From: Ignavibacteria bacterium
GTDB taxonomy: Bacteria; Bacteroidota; Ignavibacteria; Kapaibacteriales; UBA2268
NCBI GenBank assembly: GCA_016844745.1
Contig: JAERMQ010000005.1
Coordinates: forward strand, 47,964 to 111,963
Direction: 5' to 3'
Length of the DNA: 64,000 nucleotides
The stretch's first letter is position 1. Each line of letters begins with the position of its first letter. This document shows, one piece after another, positions 28,910 to 38,131 of this stretch. The notes below the pieces were generated by a model. That model was not told the origin of the DNA. It did not search any database and worked only from the letters and a program-made list of their open reading frames with translations. The position numbers and the translations under genes were made by a program.

Positions 28910-29414
28910 AATTAGGATTCTTACGGAATGTTTCCCGGATACACTTCTTATAAAGTTATTATTGAATACAAAAAAAATTGAACATGAAGGTGGGAAGCCA
29001 TCTGTTGGTAGGAAATTAGAAAAGTTTTTAACTCAAAAAGGAAAAGGTAAAATAGTTACAATTCTAGATGAGGACTCGAATTCTCAGGCATTGACTCACC
29101 CAATCTTTGACAAATTTTCATTACTTATAGACATAAAAGAACTGAAACTTAAGTATTTTCATTTTAATAATTGTTTTATAATTTATTTTAGTCCCAATCT
29201 TGAAATTTTTTTATTAAATGCAGCAAAAATAGCTAAGGTTAATCTAGAAGAATTTAAACTTTCTTCTGATTCAAAGACCCTTCACAATGAAATAAGCCTC
29301 AAAAGACCACCTAAAAATTATAATGAATTGATAAAAAAATTGTTAAATATTAATTCCAAATCTTTATCATCACTTAAAGAGTTAATTAAAGGCTCATCGA
29401 TAGCCAAAAAATGA
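28899..29414 (+). CDS. Small Toprim-like protein (DUF4276/DUF4435-like pattern), partner of the ATPase
   Basis: RIRILTECFPDTLL (conserved Glu) followed by VTILDEDSN (DxD-like). The preferred ATG at 28899 overlaps the ATPase stop by 11 nt. The ORF track start at 28845 lies inside the upstream gene. Confidence 0.5.
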   Translation: MKNRIRILTECFPDTLLIKLLLNTKKIEHEGGKPSVGRKLEKFLTQKGKGKIVTILDEDSNSQALTHPIFDKFSLLIDIKELKLKYFHFNNCFIIYFSPNLEIFLLNAAKIAKVNLEEFKLSSDSKTLHNEISLKRPPKNYNELIKKLLNINSKSLSSLKELIKGSSIAKK

Positions 29415-30028
29415 AAAAAGGACTTAAAATAAATTATCTCGATTTTACAACCGAAAAACGTAAAAAAAAATTAATATCTGTGCTGTCAAATCGGCAGCCG
29501 AGCCTGACAGTAGTACTCGAAAACATTAACGACCCCCATAATTTATCAGCGGTTCTGCGCTCCTGCGATGCAGTCGGTGTTTTGGAAGCTCATCTTATTT
29601 ATTATGGAGAGCAACCATTTCCGCATCTATCTAATACAAGCTCTGCAAGCGCCTCTAAATGGGTCAATACAATTCGCTTCGATTCCATCCAAACAAGTTA
29701 CGAGAAGCTCCGCAAAGAAGGTAAGAAGATTTACACAACCCACATGTCTAAGAAAGCAGTGTCATTATATGATTTGGATTTAACCGAGCCTGTTGCACTC
29801 GTATTCGGAAATGAACATTCTGGCGTCTCGGAAGATGCTGCCAACCTCGCCGACAGCAATTTCTTAATACCCCAGGTCGGGATGATACAAAGCTTAAATA
29901 TATCGGTTGCGGCTGCTGTCAGTTTATTTGAAGCATACCGGCAAAGAATGGCAGCAGGAATGTATGACCAGCCGGTTTTCGATGAAGAACAGTTGCAGAA
30001 TATGCTTGAGCAATGGGCTGCAAGGTAA
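29411..30028 (+). CDS. trmH: SpoU/TrmH-family tRNA/rRNA 2'-O-methyltransferase
   Basis: Motifs VLENINDPHNLSAVLRSCDAVG, FGNEHSGVS and SLNISVAAA. ATGA overlap with the upstream gene. Confidence 0.85.
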   Translation: MKKGLKINYLDFTTEKRKKKLISVLSNRQPSLTVVLENINDPHNLSAVLRSCDAVGVLEAHLIYYGEQPFPHLSNTSSASASKWVNTIRFDSIQTSYEKLRKEGKKIYTTHMSKKAVSLYDLDLTEPVALVFGNEHSGVSEDAANLADSNFLIPQVGMIQSLNISVAAAVSLFEAYRQRMAAGMYDQPVFDEEQLQNMLEQWAAR

Positions 30029-30087
30029 TGATGTTCCTTTTAAATTTCTAAAATTAAGGTTAGGAGTCTGTGGAAACTAATTATATG

Positions 30088-30173
30088 GAAGAAGGTCATT
30101 CGTAAGCGGAGTGAACAATCCAGTCCCAGCATTGTGACTTGATTCTTCACTTCGCTTACGAATGACATTCTTC
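30088..30173. repeat. Palindromic intergenic element, copy E
   Basis: Left arm gaagaaggtcattcgtaagcggagtgaacaatcc, loop agtcccagcattgtgactt, right arm gattcttcacttcgcttacgaatgacattcttc. It lies between convergent genes. Confidence 0.9.
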
Positions 30174-30215
30174 TTGATTTTTTTAAGATTTTGAAACGAA
30201 AATCAAATAATGGTT

Positions 30216-31835
30216 TCAATTCAAAATAAATAATGTCTTAACCTCGCAATCCCTCGAATTGCACAACTGAACAAAATATAAATTTGAGCAAAATAAATCC
30301 GATAAATTCAAATCAATACAATTCTCTCCGGCTAGCAAAAATTTTTGAAAAATAATATTGCTTTTCTTGCTTAATAAATCGAAAACCCTGATTGTAATTA
30401 TATCAGCAATTGGATTTGTAAATTCTAATTTCAAAGCAGCAGATGCAGGATTTGGAAATATTTTTAAGTTAAATTGACCCTTTTCATAACCATTGAAATC
30501 ATCGGTTATAAAATTGGAATTATTTATTTCTTTTATTTGCAGAGCGGGCTTCCATCCCGGATTTTTCCCTTCTCCTGAGTAAGCTCCGAAATACTTCCCC
30601 TCTTGTTTATTCAAATTAAAATCATAATTATAATCCAAATCTTTTTTGAATGAGGTATAATCTAAATTTGCCTTACCGGAACCTGTGAGAGGATAGAAAT
30701 CTAATAAATTAATTAAAGTATCAGGATTGGAAAAATAATTCACGGCTGATGCAAAGTTGCCTGTAATGCTTGAGCTGTCCTTAAATCCACTTAATGGAGT
30801 ATTAGTAAAAATTGCATTTCCTGCCGAATTTTGGGAGTAATTTTTATCCTGCCCGCTTAACGAAATTCCTTTGCCATGCCCCCAAATGGAATTATTATAG
30901 ATGAATACTTCCCTGGGTTGGCGGCTGTTGTGTAATTGTAAATTAATAGCGCCAACGGATGAACCGGCAAATAAATTATTATGGATTGAGATGTTGCCTG
31001 TTGCCTGCATCAGGTATTCACGCGGGTTTTGATATAGGAAATTTCCATAAAATTCCACTCTGTACATATCCCCGCCGGTACCAGACTGGAATCCTCCGAA
31101 AAGCACATTAGGTCTGTCTCCATCGGGCGAAGGACGCGAATCTTTAGCGAATACATTATGCCGAACTACTGTTGATGTCACGGGTTTATTGATATCGAAT
31201 GTATCGGAAGGATTCTGATGTTTAATTTGCATGCAATACCCAACAGGATTCAGTACAAGATTGAATTCGATTTTTCCTCCGATGAATGGCATCGAGCCGT
31301 CTGAATTACCAAGATAAATTCCTGTTCCGGCTTCTATGATTTCATTGTTACGAATAGTCCAATCGCGAGCATATACTTTGGTGGATATACCGCATATTTG
31401 CTGGTTGGTGCCATGCCCAACGATTAAATTCCCCTCGAGCCAAATATTGTTCACTGAATCCTTTGCACTGCCGGAAGCCTTGATAGCATCAACCTCCAAA
31501 TTAGTTCCATCGTATTTCATCCCCTCAATTTTTACATATTCCGAATTGATTATATCAGTTGTGTTTACTCCAGAGCGCCCAAGTATAACAGCTTTATGCT
31601 TTTCTGCGGATTTGATGACGAACCAGGCATTGTTTTTTCCATGCAGGTTATTTATTTTCAATCCACGTGTATAATTGCCGGGTAGAAGCAACAGAGTATC
31701 ACCGGGACTCAACTTGGAAAGCTGAATTAAATAGTCATTAGGATTGGCATTAAAAGTCGAGGCTAAAGCCGAAAAAAAGAACAAAATAAGTCCACATAAG
31801 GCTGCTAAGGCTGGTTTGATTATTATATTCTGCAT
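30216..31835 (-). CDS. Secreted right-handed beta-helix (pectate-lyase-fold) protein with T9SS C-terminal sorting domain
   Basis: Signal peptide, repeated N-x-I/V-x-G beta-helix turns, and the C-terminus IFPNPASAALKLEF... Confidence 0.7.
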   Translation of the reverse strand: MQNIIIKPALAALCGLILFFFSALASTFNANPNDYLIQLSKLSPGDTLLLLPGNYTRGLKINNLHGKNNAWFVIKSAEKHKAVILGRSGVNTTDIINSEYVKIEGMKYDGTNLEVDAIKASGSAKDSVNNIWLEGNLIVGHGTNQQICGISTKVYARDWTIRNNEIIEAGTGIYLGNSDGSMPFIGGKIEFNLVLNPVGYCMQIKHQNPSDTFDINKPVTSTVVRHNVFAKDSRPSPDGDRPNVLFGGFQSGTGGDMYRVEFYGNFLYQNPREYLMQATGNISIHNNLFAGSSVGAINLQLHNSRQPREVFIYNNSIWGHGKGISLSGQDKNYSQNSAGNAIFTNTPLSGFKDSSSITGNFASAVNYFSNPDTLINLLDFYPLTGSGKANLDYTSFKKDLDYNYDFNLNKQEGKYFGAYSGEGKNPGWKPALQIKEINNSNFITDDFNGYEKGQFNLKIFPNPASAALKLEFTNPIADIITIRVFDLLSKKSNIIFQKFLLAGENCIDLNLSDLFCSNLYFVQLCNSRDCEVKTLFILN

Positions 31836-31957
31836 TTTGTTTACATGCTAATTGCATAAATTTCAAAAACTATTTTAAGAATCCAAAAAATATTGCTACT
31901 TTTGAATGTTGAATTTAGTGATTTATTTCCTTTTTGTAAATTTTTTCTAATGGAAAA

Positions 31958-32617
31958 ATGATGAAAAAATATTTTAGATTAAAATTTTTCTCGAAAATAA
32001 CAGTTTTATTATTGATTTTATCTGTCAATGCTGGCTTTGCACAGCAGCAGGGATTAATCAAATCAGCCTATGATGCTATTATTGCCAGGAATTATCCCCT
32101 GGCAGTAGAAAATTACTCGAAGGCAATTTCTGCACAGCCGAATTATGGTCCGGCTTACTATGGACGCGGCTTGGCGTATTATTATTTAAAAGAGTTTAAT
32201 AAATCCCTGGAAGATTTTTCAATGTCTGTTAAACTCGACCCAACTTATCCGGATGCGTTCTATGGATTGGCAATTGTTCAAACCGAATTAGGAAAATACC
32301 AGGAAGCGATTTCAAATGTTACAAAAGCTATCGAATTGAACTCAAAATATTCCGAGGCGTATTATATTCGTGCAACCGCAAATCATTTCCTGAAAAAGGA
32401 TGAGCTTGCAATAGCTGATTATTCCAAGGCTATCGAGCTAAATCCTAAATATGGCTTATCATTTTACGGACGTGGAGTAGCGAATCAATTATTAGGAAGA
32501 AAAGCAGAAGCTATATCCGATTTTGAGGAATACATCAGGCTAAACGGTAACTCCGACGGTATGGAGGCTGAAGCTTTACGATTAATAAAGGTGAATAAAG
32601 AAGAGGAAGAAAAGTAA
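31958..32617 (+). CDS. Secreted TPR-repeat protein
   Basis: Signal peptide, then repeated A..Y..AI.L.P.Y..A.Y.RG 34-aa units. Confidence 0.85.
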   Translation: MMKKYFRLKFFSKITVLLLILSVNAGFAQQQGLIKSAYDAIIARNYPLAVENYSKAISAQPNYGPAYYGRGLAYYYLKEFNKSLEDFSMSVKLDPTYPDAFYGLAIVQTELGKYQEAISNVTKAIELNSKYSEAYYIRATANHFLKKDELAIADYSKAIELNPKYGLSFYGRGVANQLLGRKAEAISDFEEYIRLNGNSDGMEAEALRLIKVNKEEEEK

Positions 32618-32670
32618 TTTTTTCATAGTTAAAATATCATTACTGCATTCAAGGCTATGTGAGAAATCGA

Positions 32671-32756
32671 GAAGAATGTCATTCGTAAGTGAAGTGAAAA
32701 ATCCACTCCCAATACTGATGCTGGATTCTTCATTTCACTTACGAATGACATTCTTC
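32671..32756. repeat. Palindromic intergenic element, copy F
   Basis: Left arm gaagaatgtcattcgtaagtgaagtgaaaaatcc, loop actcccaatactgatgct, right arm ggattcttcatttcacttacgaatgacattcttc. Outer arms aggctatgtgagaaatc / gactttacatacagcct also pair. Confidence 0.9.
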
Positions 32757-32900
32757 TTGACTTTACATACAGCCTCATTTACTCGGAATGACATAATATT
32801 AAAATTCTCAAATTTTCAAAACTCTCAAATTCCCCAAAAAATCTCAAATTCCTTTTTGAAATTAGCGATAATTTTAGCAATTTTGTAATCCGGATCATAA

Positions 32901-32985
32901 GGAGGATTCGCATAATGGTATTGCAGCGGTCTTGAAAACCGCCGGGCGTCAGCCTGTGGGGGTTCGAGTCCCTCATCCTCCGCCA
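32901..32985 (+). tRNA. tRNA-Ser (anticodon TGA), type II with long variable arm, encoded CCA
   Basis: Acceptor ggaggat/atcctcc. Anticodon stem gcggt/accgc with loop ctTGAaa. Long variable arm, T loop ttcgagt, 3' gCCA. Confidence 0.88.
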
Positions 32986-33031
32986 ATACTAATCATAAGC
33001 CCTTGCAAGATAAAAACTTACAAGGGCTAAA
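32958..33031 (+). repeat. Left direct repeat (attL): tRNA-Ser 3' part plus its terminator hairpin
   Basis: Core 32971..33007 is identical to 50573..50609, and 33009..33031 is identical to 50611..50633. There are three mismatches in the T-arm part. Confidence 0.9.
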
Positions 33032-33068
33032 TTATTTTTACTTACAAACTTCATACAAAATTTTGAGC

Positions 33069-33605
33069 TTATTCCTCACTTTTTGCGCTTTTTCGGAATG
33101 TGATACTCGTTGATTTCGTATAGTGGCATAGTTCCTTCGGAAGACACCATGCCTCAACCTTCTCGCGGTACGAATGTTCCAAATCATATTCCAATACAAG
33201 TGAAATTACTTCATTATACTTGTCGTAGTCAAGGTTCTTTAACGTAACGTCGTAGAGCTTATGCTGTTGCTGGATTAGCGCATCATCCCACCAAGCCACA
33301 TCTTTGTTCGTTAGGAATACAGTATTCTCCATTGTCTTGGCTTTGTCTATACCTTCTGCAATCATATCTGACTTAAACTGGTCACGTATCTTCTCAATCC
33401 CGAATTTGAAAATGTTCTCCCTGTCATTCCATAAATCCTTGCGTTCTTTGCAGAGTTCTATTTCAGAGGTTAACCTGTCTATTAGTCACTTTGCGGCATC
33501 TAAACGGCTCTGTACCGGCTGTGAACTGTTAAGGACGTTAATTAGTTCGCCTGTCTCGAAATCAATTGTTTCGAATTTACTTATTAGTTCAATTGTGTTG
33601 TCCAT
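33069..33605 (-). pseudogene. Phage Gp157-like coiled-coil protein gene with in-frame TGA
   Basis: Own translation from ATG 33605: MDNTIELISKFETIDFETGELINVLNSSQPVQSRLDAAK*LIDRLTSEIELCKERK...MIAEGIDKAKT... The stop at 33486-33488 is in frame with track ORF 33069..33365. The family call is tentative. Confidence 0.6.
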
Positions 33606-33620
33606 TTTATAACTCCTTTC

Positions 33621-33842
33621 TTAGTTGATTATAAGTGATTCTTCGACAATTAAACTTTTAATTAACGACTTGAACGATTTGAACTGTTCATCTGAAACAC
33701 GAAGACTGTTCTTGTTATCAGAGAATAAATCAATTTTATATGACTTATCATCAACTTCAATTATCAGTTCATTAGTTTAATAACTGCCTTGTTCCCTTGG
33801 CTCAGTTATCCTGATACCTTTTACATTATGAAAACTTACCAT
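33621..33842 (-). pseudogene. Small ORF with in-frame TAA
   Basis: MVSFHNVKGIRITEPREQGSY*TNELIIEVDDKSYKIDLFSDNKNSLRVSDEQFKSFKSLIKSLIVEESLIIN. The internal stop is at 33777-33779. Confidence 0.45.
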
Positions 33843-33856
33843 TTTGTTTCTCCTGA

Positions 33857-34291
33857 TTAATTGAAAAATAATTTACTGACTTGTCCATCGAGCAGCCGTG
33901 CATAGTTGGAGCTTAATCCGTACTCATTCGGACGGCTGGACATATTTGTTACAGCCATGAATAAAGCAAACTCCGGCATATCGGAATATACTTTCTCCAT
34001 TTTCCCAAACTCACTATTCAATGCTATTACTGCCGGATGCACACTACTATCCTTGCGTTTCGGGAATAGGGTTGTAATCTCTTCGAATTGCTTTATTACT
34101 GTTTGCTGAGAGCTGCTCCATACTTTGCTTTCGATATGGTCAACTCTATCCTCGACGTAGTGTATTGAATCCTGAATAAACCCTTTAAGCTCGTTTGTAC
34201 CTATTGCTGCGGTATGCTTGCGTTTGAACTCATACGTTAACCTACCGACTTTAGCACCGTTACTGCATACTAATACAAACAAACCTTTCAT
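33857..34291 (-). CDS. Probable 5'-truncated DUF932/DUF945-like (phage/plasmid-associated) protein fragment
   Basis: GLFVLVCSNGAKVG resembles the conserved DUF932 core. A stop lies 10 codons upstream of the ATG, and 144 aa is much shorter than typical family members. Confidence 0.45.
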   Translation of the reverse strand: MKGLFVLVCSNGAKVGRLTYEFKRKHTAAIGTNELKGFIQDSIHYVEDRVDHIESKVWSSSQQTVIKQFEEITTLFPKRKDSSVHPAVIALNSEFGKMEKVYSDMPEFALFMAVTNMSSRPNEYGLSSNYARLLDGQVSKLFFN

Positions 34292-34752
34292 AGATATTTG
34301 TAGCTGTATTATCAGTTTCTGTTAAAATAGAACTAAGCTAATATTTAAATATCCGTTTTAACGCTTTTAAGGCACTCAGGACTCACGTTATTACCTTTAG
34401 CTACTCGAAGGTAAATCTGTTAAATCTAATTATTATCAAGTATTATTAATCATCTGTATAAATTAATTGGTTTGACCAAAATTTGTTATTGAAAATGGAA
34501 TACTATTAATTGAAATAATACAAGACATTTATATTTGTAATTCATTTCCTTTTTGCAATTAGTTCCAAATTTTCCTCCTATGCTTAATTACTTTCTTATT
34601 TTAACTTTATGAAAATCATCCTATGGTGATATTACCTCTTAATGCGATTTTTCTAATTTTAGCTTTGCGTAATGCTTAGAATCAATAAATCAAAATTCAA
34701 TAAGTAATTTACTTATAATCAATTATTTACCACTATTTTACCGGAGTTTATT

Positions 34753-35169
34753 ATGAATACCGTTGCAAAATCCAAGAACGGCAAAGCAGTTGCTAATACT
34801 GCAGCACAATCAATCGACGCTACTATCGATAATGCAGAACACTTATTCTCAAGTCTCATGGCAGATTACGAGGTCGAAGTAGTTCGCATTGCTACCGATA
34901 AAGAAGTCGATATCATTGAATTACTCAACAGCGACGATGCTTCCGACCGTCAGATAGCCGCATCTATCAAAGAAGAAACCTATAACAGCGTCGTATTTCC
35001 GAAAGTAACCCGTAAGCTGGCAGAGTTCGCTATTTCGTTACTGCATGATGCCTATGGAAATGAATACGTTCCCGACAATGTCAAAAGAAATGGTTTCAGA
35101 CAATCAGGAGATGAAGGAACGCAATATATCATGGTAAATAATACCGGAGGTTTTGGAAGGGAAAAATGA
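34753..35169 (+). CDS. Hypothetical protein
   Basis: Clean ORF with an ATG start in an otherwise non-coding stretch. No motif recognised. Confidence 0.5.
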   Translation: MNTVAKSKNGKAVANTAAQSIDATIDNAEHLFSSLMADYEVEVVRIATDKEVDIIELLNSDDASDRQIAASIKEETYNSVVFPKVTRKLAEFAISLLHDAYGNEYVPDNVKRNGFRQSGDEGTQYIMVNNTGGFGREK

Positions 35170-35431
35170 AATTTTGGGAAAATTTAGTGTCGTTGTAAAT
35201 TAAATTATCATCTATTTCGTAAATTAATTTTTTAGAATTATTGCTTTGTGGTGGTAGAATTATATTGTTGGTCAAAATATACCTTACTCATATATATTAG
35301 AAACTAATGAATTAAAAGGAGATATTGATATTTTTTTAATTCCTTATACAAAACTGCTATATGATTTAAATAAAGTAGAACTTGATTTTAACAGAATAAT
35401 TGGTATCGAAGTTAAGACCTCTTACTTTAGT

Positions 35432-35956
35432 TTGAATAATGAAATAAAATCTATCAAACTAAATAAACAATGGAAATTTAGAAAGCAAGCTCAAAATCTT
35501 TGCAAAACTGGTTTTAATGATGCTTGTTTATTATATATTATAACCACCGAACCAGAAAAGTCAGTTTATGGGAACATTAATGATTGGTTTATAGCAAGTG
35601 ATAGGGCTTCGGCTTCATTAGATAAAATAAAGGATAAATTTGATTTTCAAGTAAATGATAAATTTTCAACAATTGGACTCTTTATAGGTTCTTTAGAATC
35701 TATGATTGAACCTTTTGCTAATTCTCAAATCCATAAAATTTTTCATTCAGTTAATAGAGACCAAAATAATGATAGACAAAATGATTTTAGGTTGGCTTTT
35801 GAAAAAAAAATTGGTAAACTATTTCCAATTGAAGTTTCTTTAGCATGTTTTCCAATTCAAATTAGAGCTTGTTCCAATCAATCATGTAAAAATATTTATC
35901 CATTATCACGTGGTGTGCAATTGAATTGTCCAATATGTGGAAGTTCACCATACTAA
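35432..35956 (+). CDS. Hypothetical protein with C-terminal zinc ribbon. The frame is open upstream to 35258 and encodes a PD-(D/E)xK-like motif.
   Basis: C-terminus is CSNQSCKN...CPICGS. Upstream in-frame sequence is GDIDIFLIP...IIGIEVKTSYF, with no ATG upstream. Confidence 0.5.
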   Translation: MNNEIKSIKLNKQWKFRKQAQNLCKTGFNDACLLYIITTEPEKSVYGNINDWFIASDRASASLDKIKDKFDFQVNDKFSTIGLFIGSLESMIEPFANSQIHKIFHSVNRDQNNDRQNDFRLAFEKKIGKLFPIEVSLACFPIQIRACSNQSCKNIYPLSRGVQLNCPICGSSPY

Positions 35957-36017
35957 ATTTGAAAAAAATTGAATCCCCTGATAAATTTTACTCCTTTCAA
36001 ACATTTATTGTTAGATT

Positions 36018-37520
36018 TCAATTATTTAGCACCTCAATTATCTCTTTAAAGCTATTCAAAGCTGTTTCAATATTTTCAACAATTTCTAATGCTATTGCAT
36101 CCGGTTCCGGTAAATTGTCAAGGTCTCCTAAGCTCTCGTCTTTAAGCCAGAAAATGTCAAGGTTAGTCTTGTCCCGTGCTATCAGTTCTTCATAAGTGAA
36201 ACATTTGAATTGCTCGGTTTCTTTTCGTTTGAATCTGTTTTCCGGATTGTAGCATTTTACGAAGTCCTCAAGATGTTCATATTGCATCTGCTGGGTTTTT
36301 AAAGTGAAATGCTGATTAGTCCGTAGGTCGTAAATCCAGACTTCTTTTGTCCATGCTGATTTACTTGCCGGTTTGTTATCAAAGAAAATTACATTTGCCT
36401 TCACTCCCTGTGCATAGAAAATACCAGTCGGTAGCCTTAAAAGAGTATGCACATCACAGCTTTCAAGTAGTTTCTTACGGATTGTTTCACCTGCTCCACC
36501 TTCAAATAAAACGTTATCAGGTACAACTACAGCCGCTTTACCATCTATTTTCAGCATTGTCCTGATATGCTGAATGAAATTCAATTGCTTATTTGAAGTA
36601 GTTGCCCAGAAGTCCTGCCTGTTATATGTTAGGGATTCTTTACCTTGCGAACCGTCCTCGTGTGTTAAAGTTATACTACTCTTTTTGCCAAAAGGAGGAT
36701 TAGTCAGAACATAGTCAAATCTCTGGTTCGGGTCTGAAATTAAGCTGTCTGCCTGAACAATGACGGGTGTGCTGTCAATATCACCTATATTATGCAGGAA
36801 CAAATTCATAAGGCACAAACGAGCCGTCATCGGAACAATTTCCCATCCCTTGAATGTTTTGAATTTCAGGAAGTCCTTTTGTTCCCTGTTTAGCTGATAT
36901 TTCTTGCTTATATAATCGTAGAATGAAATAATAAAACCACCGGTACCGGCTGCAGGGTCGCACATTGTTTTCGATGGTTCCGGATGAATGCACTCAACCA
37001 TAGCCTTGATTAACGGTCTCAATGTAAAATACTGCCCGGCTCCGCTTTTGGTATCCTCTGCATTCTTTTGCAGTAACCCTTCGTATATTTCACCTTTAAC
37101 GTCGTAGTCAATGCTAATCCAGGTTTCTTCATTTATTAGTTGAACTAACTTAAAGAGCTTTGCCGGGTCTTGGATTCGGTTCTGAGCTTTATTGAATATC
37201 GTGCCTAACATTCCTTTTTCCAAACCGAGGTTCTTGAGAAGATTGATATAATGCAATTCAAGTTCAGCGCCTGTCTTACTTACAAGAGATTCCCAGTTGA
37301 ATTCTTTTGGAATATTTATTTTCCGGTTATATGGCGGTTTCGAGTATTCATCTGCCATTTTCAGGAAAAGTAAAAATGTTAGTTGCTCGAGGTAGTCGCC
37401 ATAACTGACACCGTCATCCCTCAAAATATTACAGTAATTCCAAACCTTGGCAACTATATTTGACGATGACTTTTTTAATGCTGAATGCTGAATTCTGAAT
37501 TCTGAATTATTTTTTTGCAT
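36018..37520 (-). CDS. hsdM: Type I restriction-modification system methyltransferase subunit HsdM
   Basis: HsdM_N-like start (KVWNYCNILRDDGVSYGDYLEQLTFLLFLK), AdoMet motif DPAAGTGGF and catalytic NPPFGKK. Confidence 0.93.
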   Translation of the reverse strand: MQKNNSEFRIQHSALKKSSSNIVAKVWNYCNILRDDGVSYGDYLEQLTFLLFLKMADEYSKPPYNRKINIPKEFNWESLVSKTGAELELHYINLLKNLGLEKGMLGTIFNKAQNRIQDPAKLFKLVQLINEETWISIDYDVKGEIYEGLLQKNAEDTKSGAGQYFTLRPLIKAMVECIHPEPSKTMCDPAAGTGGFIISFYDYISKKYQLNREQKDFLKFKTFKGWEIVPMTARLCLMNLFLHNIGDIDSTPVIVQADSLISDPNQRFDYVLTNPPFGKKSSITLTHEDGSQGKESLTYNRQDFWATTSNKQLNFIQHIRTMLKIDGKAAVVVPDNVLFEGGAGETIRKKLLESCDVHTLLRLPTGIFYAQGVKANVIFFDNKPASKSAWTKEVWIYDLRTNQHFTLKTQQMQYEHLEDFVKCYNPENRFKRKETEQFKCFTYEELIARDKTNLDIFWLKDESLGDLDNLPEPDAIALEIVENIETALNSFKEIIEVLNN

Positions 37521-37663
37521 TGCTTCTTTCTTTAGAAGTTAATATTATACTATTATATTTGACGATGCTTTTTTAATGCTGAATTCTGAATGCTGAATTC
37601 TGAATGCTGAATTCTGAATTATTTTTTTGCATTGCTTCTTTCTTTAGAAGTTAATATTATACT
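37455..37663. repeat. Tandem ~100/110-nt duplication spanning the hsdM start and the four-helix-bundle gene 3' end
   Basis: Copy 1 (37455..37553) has 4 heptamer units. Copy 2 (37554..~37663) has 6 units and a 1-nt deletion. Both contain attatttttttgcattgcttctttctttagaagttaatattatact. Confidence 0.9.
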
Positions 37664-37987
37664 GTTGATTATTTTTAGGATTTCCGAAGAGTCTTTTGAT
37701 ATGGAATCAAAAGATTTCTTATCAATATAGTTGGTATCTTTTAATAAATTTAACCAATACTCAGTTTCTCTTGTTTCTTTTGCAGAAATTCCTAATTTGT
37801 GAACAAAATCCATTTTTGATTCTGCAGATTGAGCTTCATTAATATTTGCTCCAATTGATGTGCCGCTTCTTAAAATTTGCTTTGAAATGACATATTCTTT
37901 CTTTTCATCAATCAAAAATTTATATAGTTTGATTATTCTAATAGCAAATTTATATGATTTTCCAACGATGATATTTTCTTTTCCCAT
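37619..37987 (-). CDS. Four-helix-bundle protein (23S rRNA intervening-sequence protein family, TIGR02436-like)
   Basis: Motifs YKFAIRIIKLYKFL, QILRSGTSIGANINEAQ, SKMDFVHKLGISAKETRETEYWL. Confidence 0.85.
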   Translation of the reverse strand: MGKENIIVGKSYKFAIRIIKLYKFLIDEKKEYVISKQILRSGTSIGANINEAQSAESKMDFVHKLGISAKETRETEYWLNLLKDTNYIDKKSFDSISKDSSEILKIINSIILTSKERSNAKK

Positions 37988-38000
37988 TTTATTATCCCTT

Positions 38001-38131
38001 CTTCTTTAATGCTGAACTTCTTTAATGCTGAATTCTGAATGCTGAACTTCTTTAATGCTGAATTCTGAATGCTGAATTCTGAATGAAAAGACAATTCAGC
38101 ATTCAGCATTCAGCATTCAGCATTCATAATT
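38001..38131. repeat. Heptamer array with orientation switch (imperfect long hairpin)
   Basis: Three cttctttaatgctgaa... units, then gctgaattctgaatgctgaattctgaatg, a 7-nt loop aaaagac, then aattcagcattcagcattcagcattcagcattc. Confidence 0.9.

Noticed and set aside
32676-32888. 70-aa ORF (also 32779..32976 minus, and 55391..55645 plus).
   Set aside because: These are translations of palindromic repeat copies F and G (the ...CHSERSEES.../...SFRMTF... peptides) or overlap tRNA-Ser. They are typical spurious ORFs created by the repeat family.
32901-32985. tRNA-Sec, because of the long variable arm.
   Set aside because: The anticodon loop reads c-t-TGA-a-a. The anticodon is therefore UGA (decodes UCA, Ser), not UCA. 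The 7-bp acceptor stem and 3-bp D stem also fit bacterial tRNA-Ser.
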